64,000 nucleotides of DNA from Deferribacterales bacterium. GTDB lineage: Bacteria; Chrysiogenota; Deferribacteres; Deferribacterales; Geovibrionaceae. The position numbers and the translations under genes were made by a program. Where the stretch lies: NCBI GenBank assembly GCA_050251945.1, contig JBFWLW010000001.1, forward strand, positions 544,001-608,000, given 5' to 3'. The notes under the pieces are model-generated. The model was not told where the DNA came from. It worked only from the letters and a program-made list of their open reading frames with translations, and ran no database searches. This document shows, piece after piece, positions 1 through 9,720 of this stretch (position 1 is the stretch's first letter; every line of letters starts with the position of its first letter).

Positions 1-2767
1 TGAACATATTGAAACAAAAGATGGATATCATTATATCAAATACAAAAATAATGAACAAACATATCCTTATAAATCATCTAGATTAATAATTTTCAATGTA
101 TTAGAAACTTATAAACAGGGAGAAGCCTACGCTTATATCCAGAAGCAACCTGTTATGTTCAAAAAATTATCACTGCTTTCCGAAGAATTTTCAAATGAGA
201 AATATATTCTCATTTATAACGATGAGAATGAAAGGCTATATAAAAATGAAGAGCTAACCTTGTACTTTCCTGACAAAAAGAACAGCAAATGTCTTGAATA
301 TTTTAAAGAAGTTGCAATGCTTGTTGGTTCTCTTCAAACTAATCCTGAAGCTGAAACGATAAATGTCTTACAACGCCAATATGAACAAATAACCAGCATC
401 GCTCCTCATACAGTGTTGGGAAGCTTCACAAGCAGAACTAAAAAAGAAATATCGGCAAAATCGAAGAAGGCAATATTTCCTTTTAGCTATAATTATAATC
501 AAAAACTAGCTGTACAAAAAGCAGTAAATAGCCATATTTCATCAATTAAAGGACCTCCTGGCACTGGTAAAACTCAAACTATATTAAATATTATCGCCAA
601 TCTTATAATGTCGAATAAAACGATTGCTGTTGTATCAAATAATAATACTGCGATACAAAATATTTATGATAAATATCAAGCATGTGGTTTGAGCTTTTTC
701 TTAGCTTTGTTAGGCAAAAACGAGAACATTGACAATTTCATAATAAATCAATCTAAAAATGAACTCAATTTAGAAAGTTGGCAACTTGATAGTAAGCAAT
801 ATGAAGAATTGGAGTTAGAACTAAATAACTTAGACGATGAAATAGACAAAATTCTTCGGTTAAAGACTAAATTGGCATCATTTAAGAATAAACTTAAAGA
901 ACTTGACACCGAAGTGTTCTTTTTCCAAAAATATTTAAATAATAGGACAACAGCCACAATAAAATTAAAAAACTCAAACCAACATAGTAACTTCTTTTTC
1001 GAATATAACAACGCTTTGATTAAAGGTAATGTTTCATTTATTTTCAAAACAATACAATCAATAAAATACAGACAATCGCTTTATCACTTTCTTAAAGAAA
1101 AAGCCATAACCGTTAATAATTCACTACAAAATGGTTATTATATTCAAAGGAAAAATGAAATAGAGCGTTTGATTGATAAATATTCAAAAATTATTGAAAA
1201 CGCTAATATTGATGAAAAAATGAAAGAATATACAGACAAATCAATGCTTTTATTTAAAGCACATCTTACTAAACGATTTAAAAAACAAAAAAACATATTT
1301 TGCCATGATGATTTGAAATGGAAATCAGCAAAATTCGTTGAAAGTTATCCTGTTATTTTCAGCACAACACATTCACTAAAAAAATCCCTTTCTCCTGATT
1401 ATATTTATGATTATTTGATAATTGATGAAGCCTCCCAAATAGACATTATCGCAGGTGCTTTAGCAATGTCGTGTGCAGAAAATCTTGTTATTGTTGGAGA
1501 TACCAAACAGCTACCCAACATTATAGATAGCGATAAAAGAAAAGAGGCACACGAAATTTTTAACAAATATCAACTTGAGCAGGGATATGATTACAGCCGT
1601 TACAATCTAATGTCATCAATGAATGTACTATTCCCGGAACTTGAAGAAGAAGCCATTCTTTTAAATGAACACTTCCGATGTCATCCGATGATAATAGGCT
1701 TTTGTAACAGCAGATTTTACAATAACCAACTCGTCCCTATGACCAACCATGAAGATAATGATCATCCTATGACAGTATATAAAACTGTAAAACACCCTAA
1801 GCTGTGTGAATATGAAGGCAAGTCACCTTATAACTCAAGACAGGCGAATTTAATAGAAAAAGAAATTATATATTCTAATTCTTTCAACATCAAAGACAAT
1901 TCAGTTGGGATTATCACTCCATTTAGAGCACAGGTAGATGAAATCAAAAGAATAGTCTCTGAAACTGGACAAACAGAAATAGATACCATACATAAATTTC
2001 AAGGGAGAGAAAAAGATATTATTATTTTTTCAACAGTAAAAGACAAACTTGAAAACGGATTCATCGATGAACCGATGATCAATGTTGCGGTATCCAGAGC
2101 TATAAAACAATTTTACATTGTAATACCAGAGAATGAAAAAAATATAACCAATACTGTAATCAATGATCTTATAGGGTATATACGACATAACAAATTAGAA
2201 GTCATCGACAGTTCGCTATATTCTATATTTGATTTATTTTATAAAGAATATTCAGATAGACTAAACGCATACCATGAGGAATACATTAAAAACTATAAAG
2301 ATGACAACGATATTATGTCTGAAAAATTAATTCAGATGTTGCTGGATGAGTTGCTCGCCTTAAACGAGCTGAGTGGTTTAAAATACCTTAGAAACTATCC
2401 CTTGTATCTAATATTTGACGTTGATTCTAATGAAATTCCGTTAGATGTCAGAGAAAAAGAGTTTATACAAAATACACTTTCTCATATAGATTTTATAATT
2501 ATAAACAATTGCGATAAAACACCATTACTAGGAATTGAAGTGGATGGAAGTTATCACCTGCACGACAGTAAACAAAGAGAAAGAGACTCTGTAAAAGATT
2601 CAATATTCAAAAAGCACAATATCCCACTTCTTAGGCTGTCAACCCGAAGAAGCACAAACGAAAAAGAAAGAATACTCTTTGAGTTATACAAAATAAGGGG
2701 TATTAAGAGTGAATCACTCCACCCAATACTCCTTAATCCTCTGAAAGTGAACCATGAGACGTCTTGA
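1..2767 (+). CDS. Superfamily 1 (DNA2/NAM7/Upf1-like) helicase with C-terminal DUF2726/Vsr-like nuclease domain; 5'-partial
   Basis: Walker A GPPGTGKT, DEASQ, VGDTKQL, EHFRCHP, FQGREKD, NVAVSRA; C-terminal HIDF...IEVDGSYH...ERD..KD. The frame is open from base 2 (EHIETKDG...), so the true start is probably upstream of the window. Confidence 0.9.
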   Translation, partial: EHIETKDGYHYIKYKNNEQTYPYKSSRLIIFNVLETYKQGEAYAYIQKQPVMFKKLSLLSEEFSNEKYILIYNDENERLYKNEELTLYFPDKKNSKCLEYFKEVAMLVGSLQTNPEAETINVLQRQYEQITSIAPHTVLGSFTSRTKKEISAKSKKAIFPFSYNYNQKLAVQKAVNSHISSIKGPPGTGKTQTILNIIANLIMSNKTIAVVSNNNTAIQNIYDKYQACGLSFFLALLGKNENIDNFIINQSKNELNLESWQLDSKQYEELELELNNLDDEIDKILRLKTKLASFKNKLKELDTEVFFFQKYLNNRTTATIKLKNSNQHSNFFFEYNNALIKGNVSFIFKTIQSIKYRQSLYHFLKEKAITVNNSLQNGYYIQRKNEIERLIDKYSKIIENANIDEKMKEYTDKSMLLFKAHLTKRFKKQKNIFCHDDLKWKSAKFVESYPVIFSTTHSLKKSLSPDYIYDYLIIDEASQIDIIAGALAMSCAENLVIVGDTKQLPNIIDSDKRKEAHEIFNKYQLEQGYDYSRYNLMSSMNVLFPELEEEAILLNEHFRCHPMIIGFCNSRFYNNQLVPMTNHEDNDHPMTVYKTVKHPKLCEYEGKSPYNSRQANLIEKEIIYSNSFNIKDNSVGIITPFRAQVDEIKRIVSETGQTEIDTIHKFQGREKDIIIFSTVKDKLENGFIDEPMINVAVSRAIKQFYIVIPENEKNITNTVINDLIGYIRHNKLEVIDSSLYSIFDLFYKEYSDRLNAYHEEYIKNYKDDNDIMSEKLIQMLLDELLALNELSGLKYLRNYPLYLIFDVDSNEIPLDVREKEFIQNTLSHIDFIIINNCDKTPLLGIEVDGSYHLHDSKQRERDSVKDSIFKKHNIPLLRLSTRRSTNEKERILFELYKIRGIKSESLHPILLNPLKVNHETS

Positions 2768-3232
2768 CTGGATGATACCCTTATCCTCCAGCTTACGGAC
2801 GGTTCTCCGTAAAGTCTCTTCAGATTTAAACGGAAAGCGTCTCAACCACTCTGCATACGTTATCTGCACCCTCTTCTTTCCTGACTCCTGAATCATGGTT
2901 TGGAGCTGATGAAGCACAACCGCTTCGTTGTAACCGAGCTTGTTTATCTGCTCCTGTGTGGGATTAGCGAAGGATGGCAGACACTGCGCCGCCGGTGCTG
3001 ACGGAATAACCGGAACAGAGGGAACGGCGGTCAGAATCTCTGCCACCTCCATTATCCCGGATGATTCCAGCTCCTCCATGTAGACGGCGATATCGTCCCT
3101 GCTCTGTCCGGTGAGAACGGATATCTCGTCCACGTTCAGATCCTTCTCTTTGTACCTGATTAAACTCCTCACGAAGTTAACATCTCTGCCGGAAGCGTTC
3201 AGTCTGGAAACGACCTCCTGATATGCCCTCAC
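2714..3232 (-). CDS. Tandem winged-helix protein, C-terminal half like phage/ICE replication-organiser N-terminal domains; probably 5'-truncated
   Basis: NEAVVLHQLQ...TYAEWLRRFPFKSEETLRRTVRKLEDKGII pattern; GTG start without an RBS, 10 nt after the upstream stop; more GC-rich than its neighbours. Confidence 0.5.
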   Translation of the reverse strand: MRAYQEVVSRLNASGRDVNFVRSLIRYKEKDLNVDEISVLTGQSRDDIAVYMEELESSGIMEVAEILTAVPSVPVIPSAPAAQCLPSFANPTQEQINKLGYNEAVVLHQLQTMIQESGKKRVQITYAEWLRRFPFKSEETLRRTVRKLEDKGIIQSRRLMVHFQRIKEYWVE

Positions 3233-3242
3233 AGCGGCGATT

Positions 3243-4067
3243 TTAACATGGGAAACGCTCTAAATATGCTTCTATTGTTTCAATAATAGTACGAGCTTTG
3301 AACACAACTCCCAAATCAAGCGTTTCATTATGCTCAATTACTTCTTTCTGGTTAGATACTTTTTTAAGCTCTATGAGTTCCTTCATTGTATAAGTGCTTG
3401 CTACAATACCAATAAAAACAACGCGAGAACCAAAAAGCAACTTCCCTTGTGACATAAATATATTCTGATCATATATAAAAACTGGGCTTCCACTTGAACC
3501 ACCAAACACTGAAGCATCAATGAGAAAACAAGGCTTGCCTTCATAGTCAATTCCTATTGGAGAAGCTGTAATGCCTCGTCGAACAACTGGCAAATAATTT
3601 TTACTATCCCAAATCCCTTTTGGATAACCTACAAATATAATCGACTCAATGGAACTAGAGTCTTTAATCTGTTCTGGCGAAATAGTTATGTTTTTATCAA
3701 TACACATCAAGAATGGTTTTAAATCCTCAAGAGTTTTATTATTTATTATCGGTCCCATAGGGAATATTGCTACATCTATAGTGGAATCTGGGTGACCAAA
3801 ATAAAAATGCTCTAAATTGTCTGATAATTTATACTCTATCTTTTCTCCTAATATCGGTTCCATATTATCATGTTTAAGAAAAGTTAAATTCAATTCTGCA
3901 GCATTTATGACCACGTGTTTATTAGTAACAACAAAAACAACATGTTTATTATCATGATCGTATGAGTATAAAAAACCCGTACCTTGACCAGTTTGACCAT
4001 CTTTGTATACGCACTCAATGCGCACTGTAGTGAAAAATAGTTGTTCAGTAATATTTTTTTGATACAT
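3243..4067 (-). CDS. Trypsin-like serine protease (cytoplasmic, no signal peptide)
   Basis: GTGF, VTNKHV (His), IDVAI (Asp), GGSSGSPV (Ser) catalytic motifs. Confidence 0.9.
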   Translation of the reverse strand: MYQKNITEQLFFTTVRIECVYKDGQTGQGTGFLYSYDHDNKHVVFVVTNKHVVINAAELNLTFLKHDNMEPILGEKIEYKLSDNLEHFYFGHPDSTIDVAIFPMGPIINNKTLEDLKPFLMCIDKNITISPEQIKDSSSIESIIFVGYPKGIWDSKNYLPVVRRGITASPIGIDYEGKPCFLIDASVFGGSSGSPVFIYDQNIFMSQGKLLFGSRVVFIGIVASTYTMKELIELKKVSNQKEVIEHNETLDLGVVFKARTIIETIEAYLERFPC

Positions 4068-4079
4068 GATTGTTAGTCC

Positions 4080-4388
4080 TCACTTTTTTAAAAAACGCTC
4101 ATACGGAAAATCTTCATAACCCATGTACATTACATAACCAACGTAATTACCATATTTAACTGATCTTGCACTCTGCACAGAAGGAGTAAAGCTCGATTTT
4201 CTGCGTGACTTCTTGTTTTTATCGGTAATTAGCCTATTATCATTAATTATCTCACCTAAATACTTGCCGTCAGAGTCATAAACTTCTTCATCGTAAAATT
4301 TCCCCACATGCTTTCCATCATGTGTCCAAAGATTATTTCCAGCCCTGTATCCGAAACAAATTCCACTCCATGTCCAAAGCCATTCCAT
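4080..4388 (-). CDS. Small beta-hairpin repeat protein (4-fold beta-flower-like)
   Basis: Repeated LWTxxGxxxG / VYDxxGKYLG hairpin units. Confidence 0.6.
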   Translation of the reverse strand: MEWLWTWSGICFGYRAGNNLWTHDGKHVGKFYDEEVYDSDGKYLGEIINDNRLITDKNKKSRRKSSFTPSVQSARSVKYGNYVGYVMYMGYEDFPYERFLKK

Positions 4389-4509
4389 GTTATCACCCTA
4401 TACTGTAGTAATCTGAGTATATAACAATTGGAGTCATTTATCAAATACCGCTTTAAATCACTTATATTGACTGTATTTTAAGATTGCTGACAAATTTGGC
4501 GTAAATCGC

Positions 4510-4539
4510 TTGTCACTATTTTAAATATTGTAGTAGAAT
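4510..4539 (+). promoter_or_regulatory. Putative sigma70 promoter for the small toxin-like ORF
   Basis: TTGTCA-18 nt-TAGAAT. Confidence 0.45.
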
Positions 4540-4628
4540 GGCAACTGAAATTAAGAATGACGGCATTTTAGAAAGGACAGCCCCGAAATGCTACCAACAT
4601 CCGGGGCGAGTAATTCAAAGGAGGTATT

Positions 4629-4709
4629 ATGCATACCCTTTGGATTGTGATCCTGCTTCTGAAAGTGGTGATTATCGTCCTTGAGGTAATTCAGAAATTA
4701 CGATTCTGA
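4629..4709 (+). CDS. 26-aa hydrophobic peptide, candidate type I toxin (MHTLWIVILLLKVVIIVLEVIQKLRF); absent from the ORF track
   Basis: Strong RBS AAAGGAGGT just upstream of ATG; one TM helix with a basic C-terminus; the RBS pairs with the start of the CDS (aattcaaaggaggta / taccctttggatt); flanking hairpins at 4581-4606 and 4738-4795. Confidence 0.65.
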   Translation: MHTLWIVILLLKVVIIVLEVIQKLRF

Positions 4710-4870
4710 TAACATCATCAAGGTTATAATCTGAAATGAGCGGGTAGGTCATTGCAATTTGACCTGTTCGAATACCGCATTTTGACCGCCTGCTCTGCCA
4801 CAAACATACAATATTTTACGCAAGCAAGCAATCGAAAATACGTATACCGTATTTCTTTTAATGCCTACTC

Positions 4871-6004
4871 TTATTCGCTCAAATCAACCATTGAAATTTG
4901 CAGTATGTTCATAATGAAAGAATCAACTCTGAGAAAGATGGCTTGAACTTGCTTATCTGTCAGACCTATCTCAGGCTCATGTATACGATTAAACAGAGCA
5001 TAAAGTTTCAACAATGCCATAGTATCATGAGTCATGAACTCAGAAAAAGGTCCGCTATTAATTTCTCTACAGATATAAAGAATCCTTGCTCGACGGGTTG
5101 GTTTATCTTCATGCAATAAATCCTTTTTTACAGTCTGTTGCTCAATCCATGTGATCACATGTTCATTGGGTGCTAATTGCCAAAGCAAATGATTCCACAG
5201 CTCTCTGAGTGAACTCAAAACATGTCTTGTTCGATCAGGATTGTTACCACTAAATGCTTCTCTGGCACCTATATAAATTCTCGCCAGCCCCGGATCGAAT
5301 TGCTGAAGGAGAAAAATGCAGTTCGATGTTTCAGCTCTTACCTCATCAATAAGCTTAGCTTCTTCCTCTTCCTGTTCTTCTTCCTCCCATACTTGCAAAG
5401 CTTTAAGAACAACTCCTGTTGTGAGTATCTCACGAGTAGCCCCTGGCAACACGAAAGAAGGTAGGCGCATAATGTCTGGGATATCTTGTAGTGATTCTGT
5501 AAAACGTCCATATGAATTATAAACACGGCCGATTGACTTTCCCAATTCTGAAATGGACGACATTTTAACCTGATAACGACTTCCGATAGTTCCTAAATTT
5601 ACACCTGAGACGAGCTTTTCCGCAGCCTCAAACCGATGTATGGTACAACCCAAAGATAACTTAGCTGAAGCTTGAATCTGCTGCAGGTTTGCTAAGCTAC
5701 TCTGAACGGAACCAATAGATCCTAACCATGTCTTATGTATATCTGTAGTCAACTCACCCATGCGACTTGTTATGGCACTTTGTTCAGCTAACCTCTGCAA
5801 ATGTTTATTGACAGTTGCCATCTCAAGTACCCGTCCGATTGTTCCTGATATTTCCAAAGCACGACCAATGCCCGAACGTTGGAACTCAAAAAGCCGCATT
5901 GCGCCACCCATTTGATCATTCATCCTGACTATTTGTCTGATGACTTCTGATTCCTGGTAAACCCTATTAATAGCACCTATGTTTTTAAGAAAATTATCCT
6001 TCAT
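4871..6004 (-). CDS. Protein with C-terminal pPIWI-associated nuclease-like domain
   Basis: GAREAF..NNPDRTRHVLSSLREL...LAP...KPTRRARILYI signature after a long helical low-complexity N-terminus. Confidence 0.7.
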   Translation of the reverse strand: MKDNFLKNIGAINRVYQESEVIRQIVRMNDQMGGAMRLFEFQRSGIGRALEISGTIGRVLEMATVNKHLQRLAEQSAITSRMGELTTDIHKTWLGSIGSVQSSLANLQQIQASAKLSLGCTIHRFEAAEKLVSGVNLGTIGSRYQVKMSSISELGKSIGRVYNSYGRFTESLQDIPDIMRLPSFVLPGATREILTTGVVLKALQVWEEEEQEEEEAKLIDEVRAETSNCIFLLQQFDPGLARIYIGAREAFSGNNPDRTRHVLSSLRELWNHLLWQLAPNEHVITWIEQQTVKKDLLHEDKPTRRARILYICREINSGPFSEFMTHDTMALLKLYALFNRIHEPEIGLTDKQVQAIFLRVDSFIMNILQISMVDLSE

Positions 6005-6006
6005 GA

Positions 6007-6261
6007 CTAATTAGCATCGCCTTTGGGTTTAGTGATTTTAAAAAATACCGTAAAACCCGCTAAACCCAAAATGCCACCAAACGTACTTATCATTGCGTAA
6101 TTTGGGTTATCTGAAATAAAACCAGCCATGGAAAAGCATCCTAACCCCACACCGCGGAAAAACCAATCTGATGCTCTGTGACCATAACCTTTCGCTAATA
6201 GAGCTACTGTTAATCCTACAGCCACGGCAATAATAATAGCCCACATGCCAAATGGTAACAT
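6007..6261 (-). CDS. Small multi-TM membrane protein (start revised from 6381)
   Basis: GGAGGTGG RBS before ATG at 6261 (MLPFGMWAIII...); about three hydrophobic segments. Confidence 0.55.
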   Translation of the reverse strand: MLPFGMWAIIIAVAVGLTVALLAKGYGHRASDWFFRGVGLGCFSMAGFISDNPNYAMISTFGGILGLAGFTVFFKITKPKGDAN

Positions 6262-6365
6262 AACCACCTCCGAATAATTCAATACATTTTTCCCTATATT
6301 ATGACACACTTTTTCCGTAATATATTCAAAATGATAATAATATGATTTCAAGCCCTCAAGAGTAG

Positions 6366-6417
6366 TTGCGTCATATTTCATAAAACATATTGAATTATTG
6401 CGTCATTTTGGTATATT
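6366..6417 (+). promoter_or_regulatory. Promoter/operator of the Xre-RES TA operon
   Basis: Direct repeat TTGCGTCAT at 6366 and 6398; TTGAAT-16-TATATT promoter overlapping the second copy. Confidence 0.45.
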
Positions 6418-6434
6418 AGTTCAAGGAGGTAATC

Positions 6435-6830
6435 ATGTCAATCTTTGCCACAAACGAACAAAACCCCATCGCCGTTATAGATGCAATCAGAAACGGAGTA
6501 AATAAATCCGATGTTGTTGAGGTATTCGAAAACCTCGACATACCGGTAAGCCATGTCGGCAATTTCCTTTCAGTATCTTACAGAACGTTCTTGAGAAAAG
6601 CAGATGACGAAAAGATGACAAAACAAGATACTGAAATGATATTCAAACTGCATCAGATGAGAAAAAAGGGAGCGGATCTCTTCGGCGATAATGATGCCTT
6701 TATAGGCTGGCTGAATACCGAACTACAGACTTTTGGCGACCGTAAGCCGATAGAGATCATTGACACTGAGTATGGTATTGATCTGGTTACTACAGAGCTT
6801 GGACGCATCGAGCACGGTATCTTCGGATGA
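6435..6830 (+). CDS. Xre/MbcA/ParS-family antitoxin
   Basis: HTH plus C-terminal LFG...WL...FGDRKPIEIIDTEYG..LV..ELGRIEHG; ATGA overlap with the RES gene. Confidence 0.9.
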   Translation: MSIFATNEQNPIAVIDAIRNGVNKSDVVEVFENLDIPVSHVGNFLSVSYRTFLRKADDEKMTKQDTEMIFKLHQMRKKGADLFGDNDAFIGWLNTELQTFGDRKPIEIIDTEYGIDLVTTELGRIEHGIFG

Positions 6831-7285
6831 TAGTATACAGGATTAGCGTTGACAAATACGCTTCTGACCTCTCAGGAACCGGCAGCAGGCTCTATGGCGG
6901 CAGGTGGACCCCAAAAGGGTTTCCAGTGCTCTATAGTGCTTCAAATCCTTCTCTGGCTCTTCTGGAGCTTTACGTCCACATAAAGAACAGCACACCGCCA
7001 AACCTCAAGCTCATCAAGCTGGTCATAGATGAAAAATACCTCACCAAAAAAACTTTCCGGATACCGGATCTCCCCTCCTACTGGAAGGAAAATCCGGCTC
7101 CTGAAGCTCTTCAGCTCATCGGGCAGGAATGGATCACCGAGTCTAAAACTCTGGCAATGGAAGTACCGTCTTCAATTATGCCGGAAGACACAAATTATAT
7201 CATCAATGTTGGTCACAAAGACTTCATCAATGCCGTGTCCGTGCTGAGTATCACAGATTGTCCGCTCGATAAAAGGCTGGTTTAA
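6827..7285 (+). CDS. RES-domain toxin (NAD+ phosphorylase family)
   Basis: YRI...GGRW...YSAS..SLALLE..VH...VPS...NY motifs. Confidence 0.92.
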   Translation: MIVYRISVDKYASDLSGTGSRLYGGRWTPKGFPVLYSASNPSLALLELYVHIKNSTPPNLKLIKLVIDEKYLTKKTFRIPDLPSYWKENPAPEALQLIGQEWITESKTLAMEVPSSIMPEDTNYIINVGHKDFINAVSVLSITDCPLDKRLV

Positions 7286-7286
7286 T

Positions 7287-9695
7287 ATGAGTTTAACGAG
7301 AAATAATCATTATGTCCCCCAATGGTATCAAAGAGGGTTCTTTAATGCCAATAATCAATTACAATATCTCGTCCTCAAACCAAAAATTCACACACTTCCA
7401 AATGGTGAAACCAAAAGTGTTGAGAAAAAGAAATGGTATCCAACTTCTAAATGTTTTTTTCAAAAAGATTTATATACAACATTTTTTGGTAACCAAATTA
7501 ACGATGAAATTGAAAAACATCTTTTTGGACATATTGATGATATAGGTTCTCGTGCTGTTAAGGCTTTCATTTCTGAAGATCAGAGAGAGTGGCATAAAAA
7601 TTTCCAAAACTTATTTGAATATTTAGATTCCCAAAAAATAAGAACCCCGAAAGGTCTTGACTGGCTTAAAAAGAATTACTCAAATCTAGATCAGACAGAA
7701 TTAATGTCAGAGATGCAAAGAATCAGTGGCATTAATTGTAGACTTTGGGCTGAAAGTGTTCGTGAAATTGTTAGTGCAAAAGATTCAAATGTTAAGTTCA
7801 TCATTTCGGATCATCCGGTTACAGTTTACAATTACGCTTGTCCTCCCGATTCTGATAAAACACGCTATCCTGACGATCCTGATATCGCTTTAAAAGCCAC
7901 TCAGACAATTTATCCACTTGATAAAGATTACTGTTTGATATTGACAAATTTGGAATATGCTCAGAATCGTGATGGTATTGATCCCCTCGAAATGCGAACC
8001 AATCCTGCAAGATTCAGAGAAACTTTCGTCAATACTATTGAATTTATAAGGAAACGCATACTCACAGAAGATGATGTAATTAAAATCAATTATATAATAA
8101 AAAGAAGAGCCAAAGAAGCTATTGCTGCTGGGAGTGATGATTGGCTGTACCCAGAGAAAAGGATCGAATGCAACTGGGCAGAATTAAGACATATACTCTT
8201 ACCTTCAAATGATGAATTATTCCGCTTTGGCGGAGAAATATTTGTACAGTATGAAAATGGTAAAACACGATATCAAGATGCTTACGGGCGTTCAAGTGGC
8301 CACTTAGATTTTCTTGACAAAAAAATTGATGAAAAGAAAATTGGACGTAATGACCCGTGCGGTTGCGGTAGTGGTCGAAAATACAAGCACTGCTGTAAGG
8401 ATACCCCAAAAAAACAGAGAACAACTTGGAAAGTATTAAGTATAAAAGAAAGAAATTTGGGTTTATATAGAGCAATTTATGATATTTTAGGATTAAATAA
8501 AGGGAAAACATGGGAGGATGTAAGACGTGATATTTCAAGTGAACAAATTAGCGATATATATGGTTTTTTTGGCCATATATGGCCAAATGAAACAGAAATT
8601 TACGAGTTACTCCCAAAACCAGACTCAAAATTCAGAGGACTTTATACTGGGATTGTTGATGCAAGAACAATTGGTTCAGTTGCTTTAAATGCTTCAGCAT
8701 ATTTTGATGAACTTCTTATTCAGAATCCACTGATGAATCCAAATAATATTGTACCTGAAATTAGTCCTGTAAAATCCCCAGATAAGTATCTATATCAAGC
8801 ACTGAAAGATATTTATTTTTTACTTTCAATAGAACCACTTGTAATATCAGGCGACATTAATTTAATCCCAGATCCATATAATTTTGACATGTATTTATAT
8901 CATGAAATGCTGACAATGGCTAGGTTACGGGCGAACAATGTTGTTTTGAACGTTTACGATGAATACATATTTAGTTCTTTATACGCTGAGGATCTTCTGA
9001 ATTCACATTATTCAATGCCAATAAATACCAGACTACAGGTTATTCGAGAATTATTCCCAGAATATAGCACTGAGCATTTAGAGGTGTTAATAGATGAGTT
9101 TGATCGAAATGCTGGTCTCAGTCCTTTAGTCCTATTAAAAGAAAGAGAACTTACAGATGGGGGACTCTTTATGTTACATAGTTTTATTCCAAATTATGAA
9201 ATGTCTTTATTTATTGCCCAAGTGACTGGTTCAGTTATTATTACCGATAGCCCAAGTCGTTGGCAAGAACTACAAAACGCAGCACATAGAGAATTAGGCG
9301 TTGCTTCTCACCCATGGGAATCATTATGTAAGGCTTTTAATACCATTCCACTTTACGATGACTTAGATATGATTTTAAATAACAAATACAAAAAAGAATT
9401 TATGGAATTAAGAAAAATATTAGGTTTAATAAACACAACAGTAAAATCTGGCAATACCAATAAAGAAAATACAAATAATTTGACAAATATGCTGATAGAG
9501 AGATTAAAACAGATATGTGAATCGAATACTCAAAATGATGGAATCAAAAAATATTCGACAAAAGTAACCGCATCTATGCCTTTGGGCGGCTTTGCGGATA
9601 ATCATGTTCAACGACTTCTTTTAAAATCAAATAGTCAATACCATTTGAATTCTGTCAGCTCAGTATTCTATATTTCACCTGAAGGATTTTTTTAA
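7287..9695 (+). CDS. DUF4238-family protein with internal SEC-C zinc motif
   Basis: N-terminal NHYVPQWYQ, FIISDHPV; GRNDPCGCGSGRKYKHCC. Confidence 0.8.
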   Translation: MSLTRNNHYVPQWYQRGFFNANNQLQYLVLKPKIHTLPNGETKSVEKKKWYPTSKCFFQKDLYTTFFGNQINDEIEKHLFGHIDDIGSRAVKAFISEDQREWHKNFQNLFEYLDSQKIRTPKGLDWLKKNYSNLDQTELMSEMQRISGINCRLWAESVREIVSAKDSNVKFIISDHPVTVYNYACPPDSDKTRYPDDPDIALKATQTIYPLDKDYCLILTNLEYAQNRDGIDPLEMRTNPARFRETFVNTIEFIRKRILTEDDVIKINYIIKRRAKEAIAAGSDDWLYPEKRIECNWAELRHILLPSNDELFRFGGEIFVQYENGKTRYQDAYGRSSGHLDFLDKKIDEKKIGRNDPCGCGSGRKYKHCCKDTPKKQRTTWKVLSIKERNLGLYRAIYDILGLNKGKTWEDVRRDISSEQISDIYGFFGHIWPNETEIYELLPKPDSKFRGLYTGIVDARTIGSVALNASAYFDELLIQNPLMNPNNIVPEISPVKSPDKYLYQALKDIYFLLSIEPLVISGDINLIPDPYNFDMYLYHEMLTMARLRANNVVLNVYDEYIFSSLYAEDLLNSHYSMPINTRLQVIRELFPEYSTEHLEVLIDEFDRNAGLSPLVLLKERELTDGGLFMLHSFIPNYEMSLFIAQVTGSVIITDSPSRWQELQNAAHRELGVASHPWESLCKAFNTIPLYDDLDMILNNKYKKEFMELRKILGLINTTVKSGNTNKENTNNLTNMLIERLKQICESNTQNDGIKKYSTKVTASMPLGGFADNHVQRLLLKSNSQYHLNSVSSVFYISPEGFF

Positions 9696-9720
9696 AAATA
9701 ATGGTTAAGGGGATTAAGCC

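Noticed and set aside
4752..4946. 64-aa ORF as a SymE-like toxin
   Set aside because: No RBS or SymE motif; it overlaps the 3' structure of the small-peptide locus and the end of the opposite gene.
4871..6004. Complete prokaryotic Argonaute/pPIWI-RE system
   Set aside because: Only the associated nuclease-like domain is present; no PIWI/MID gene is in the window.
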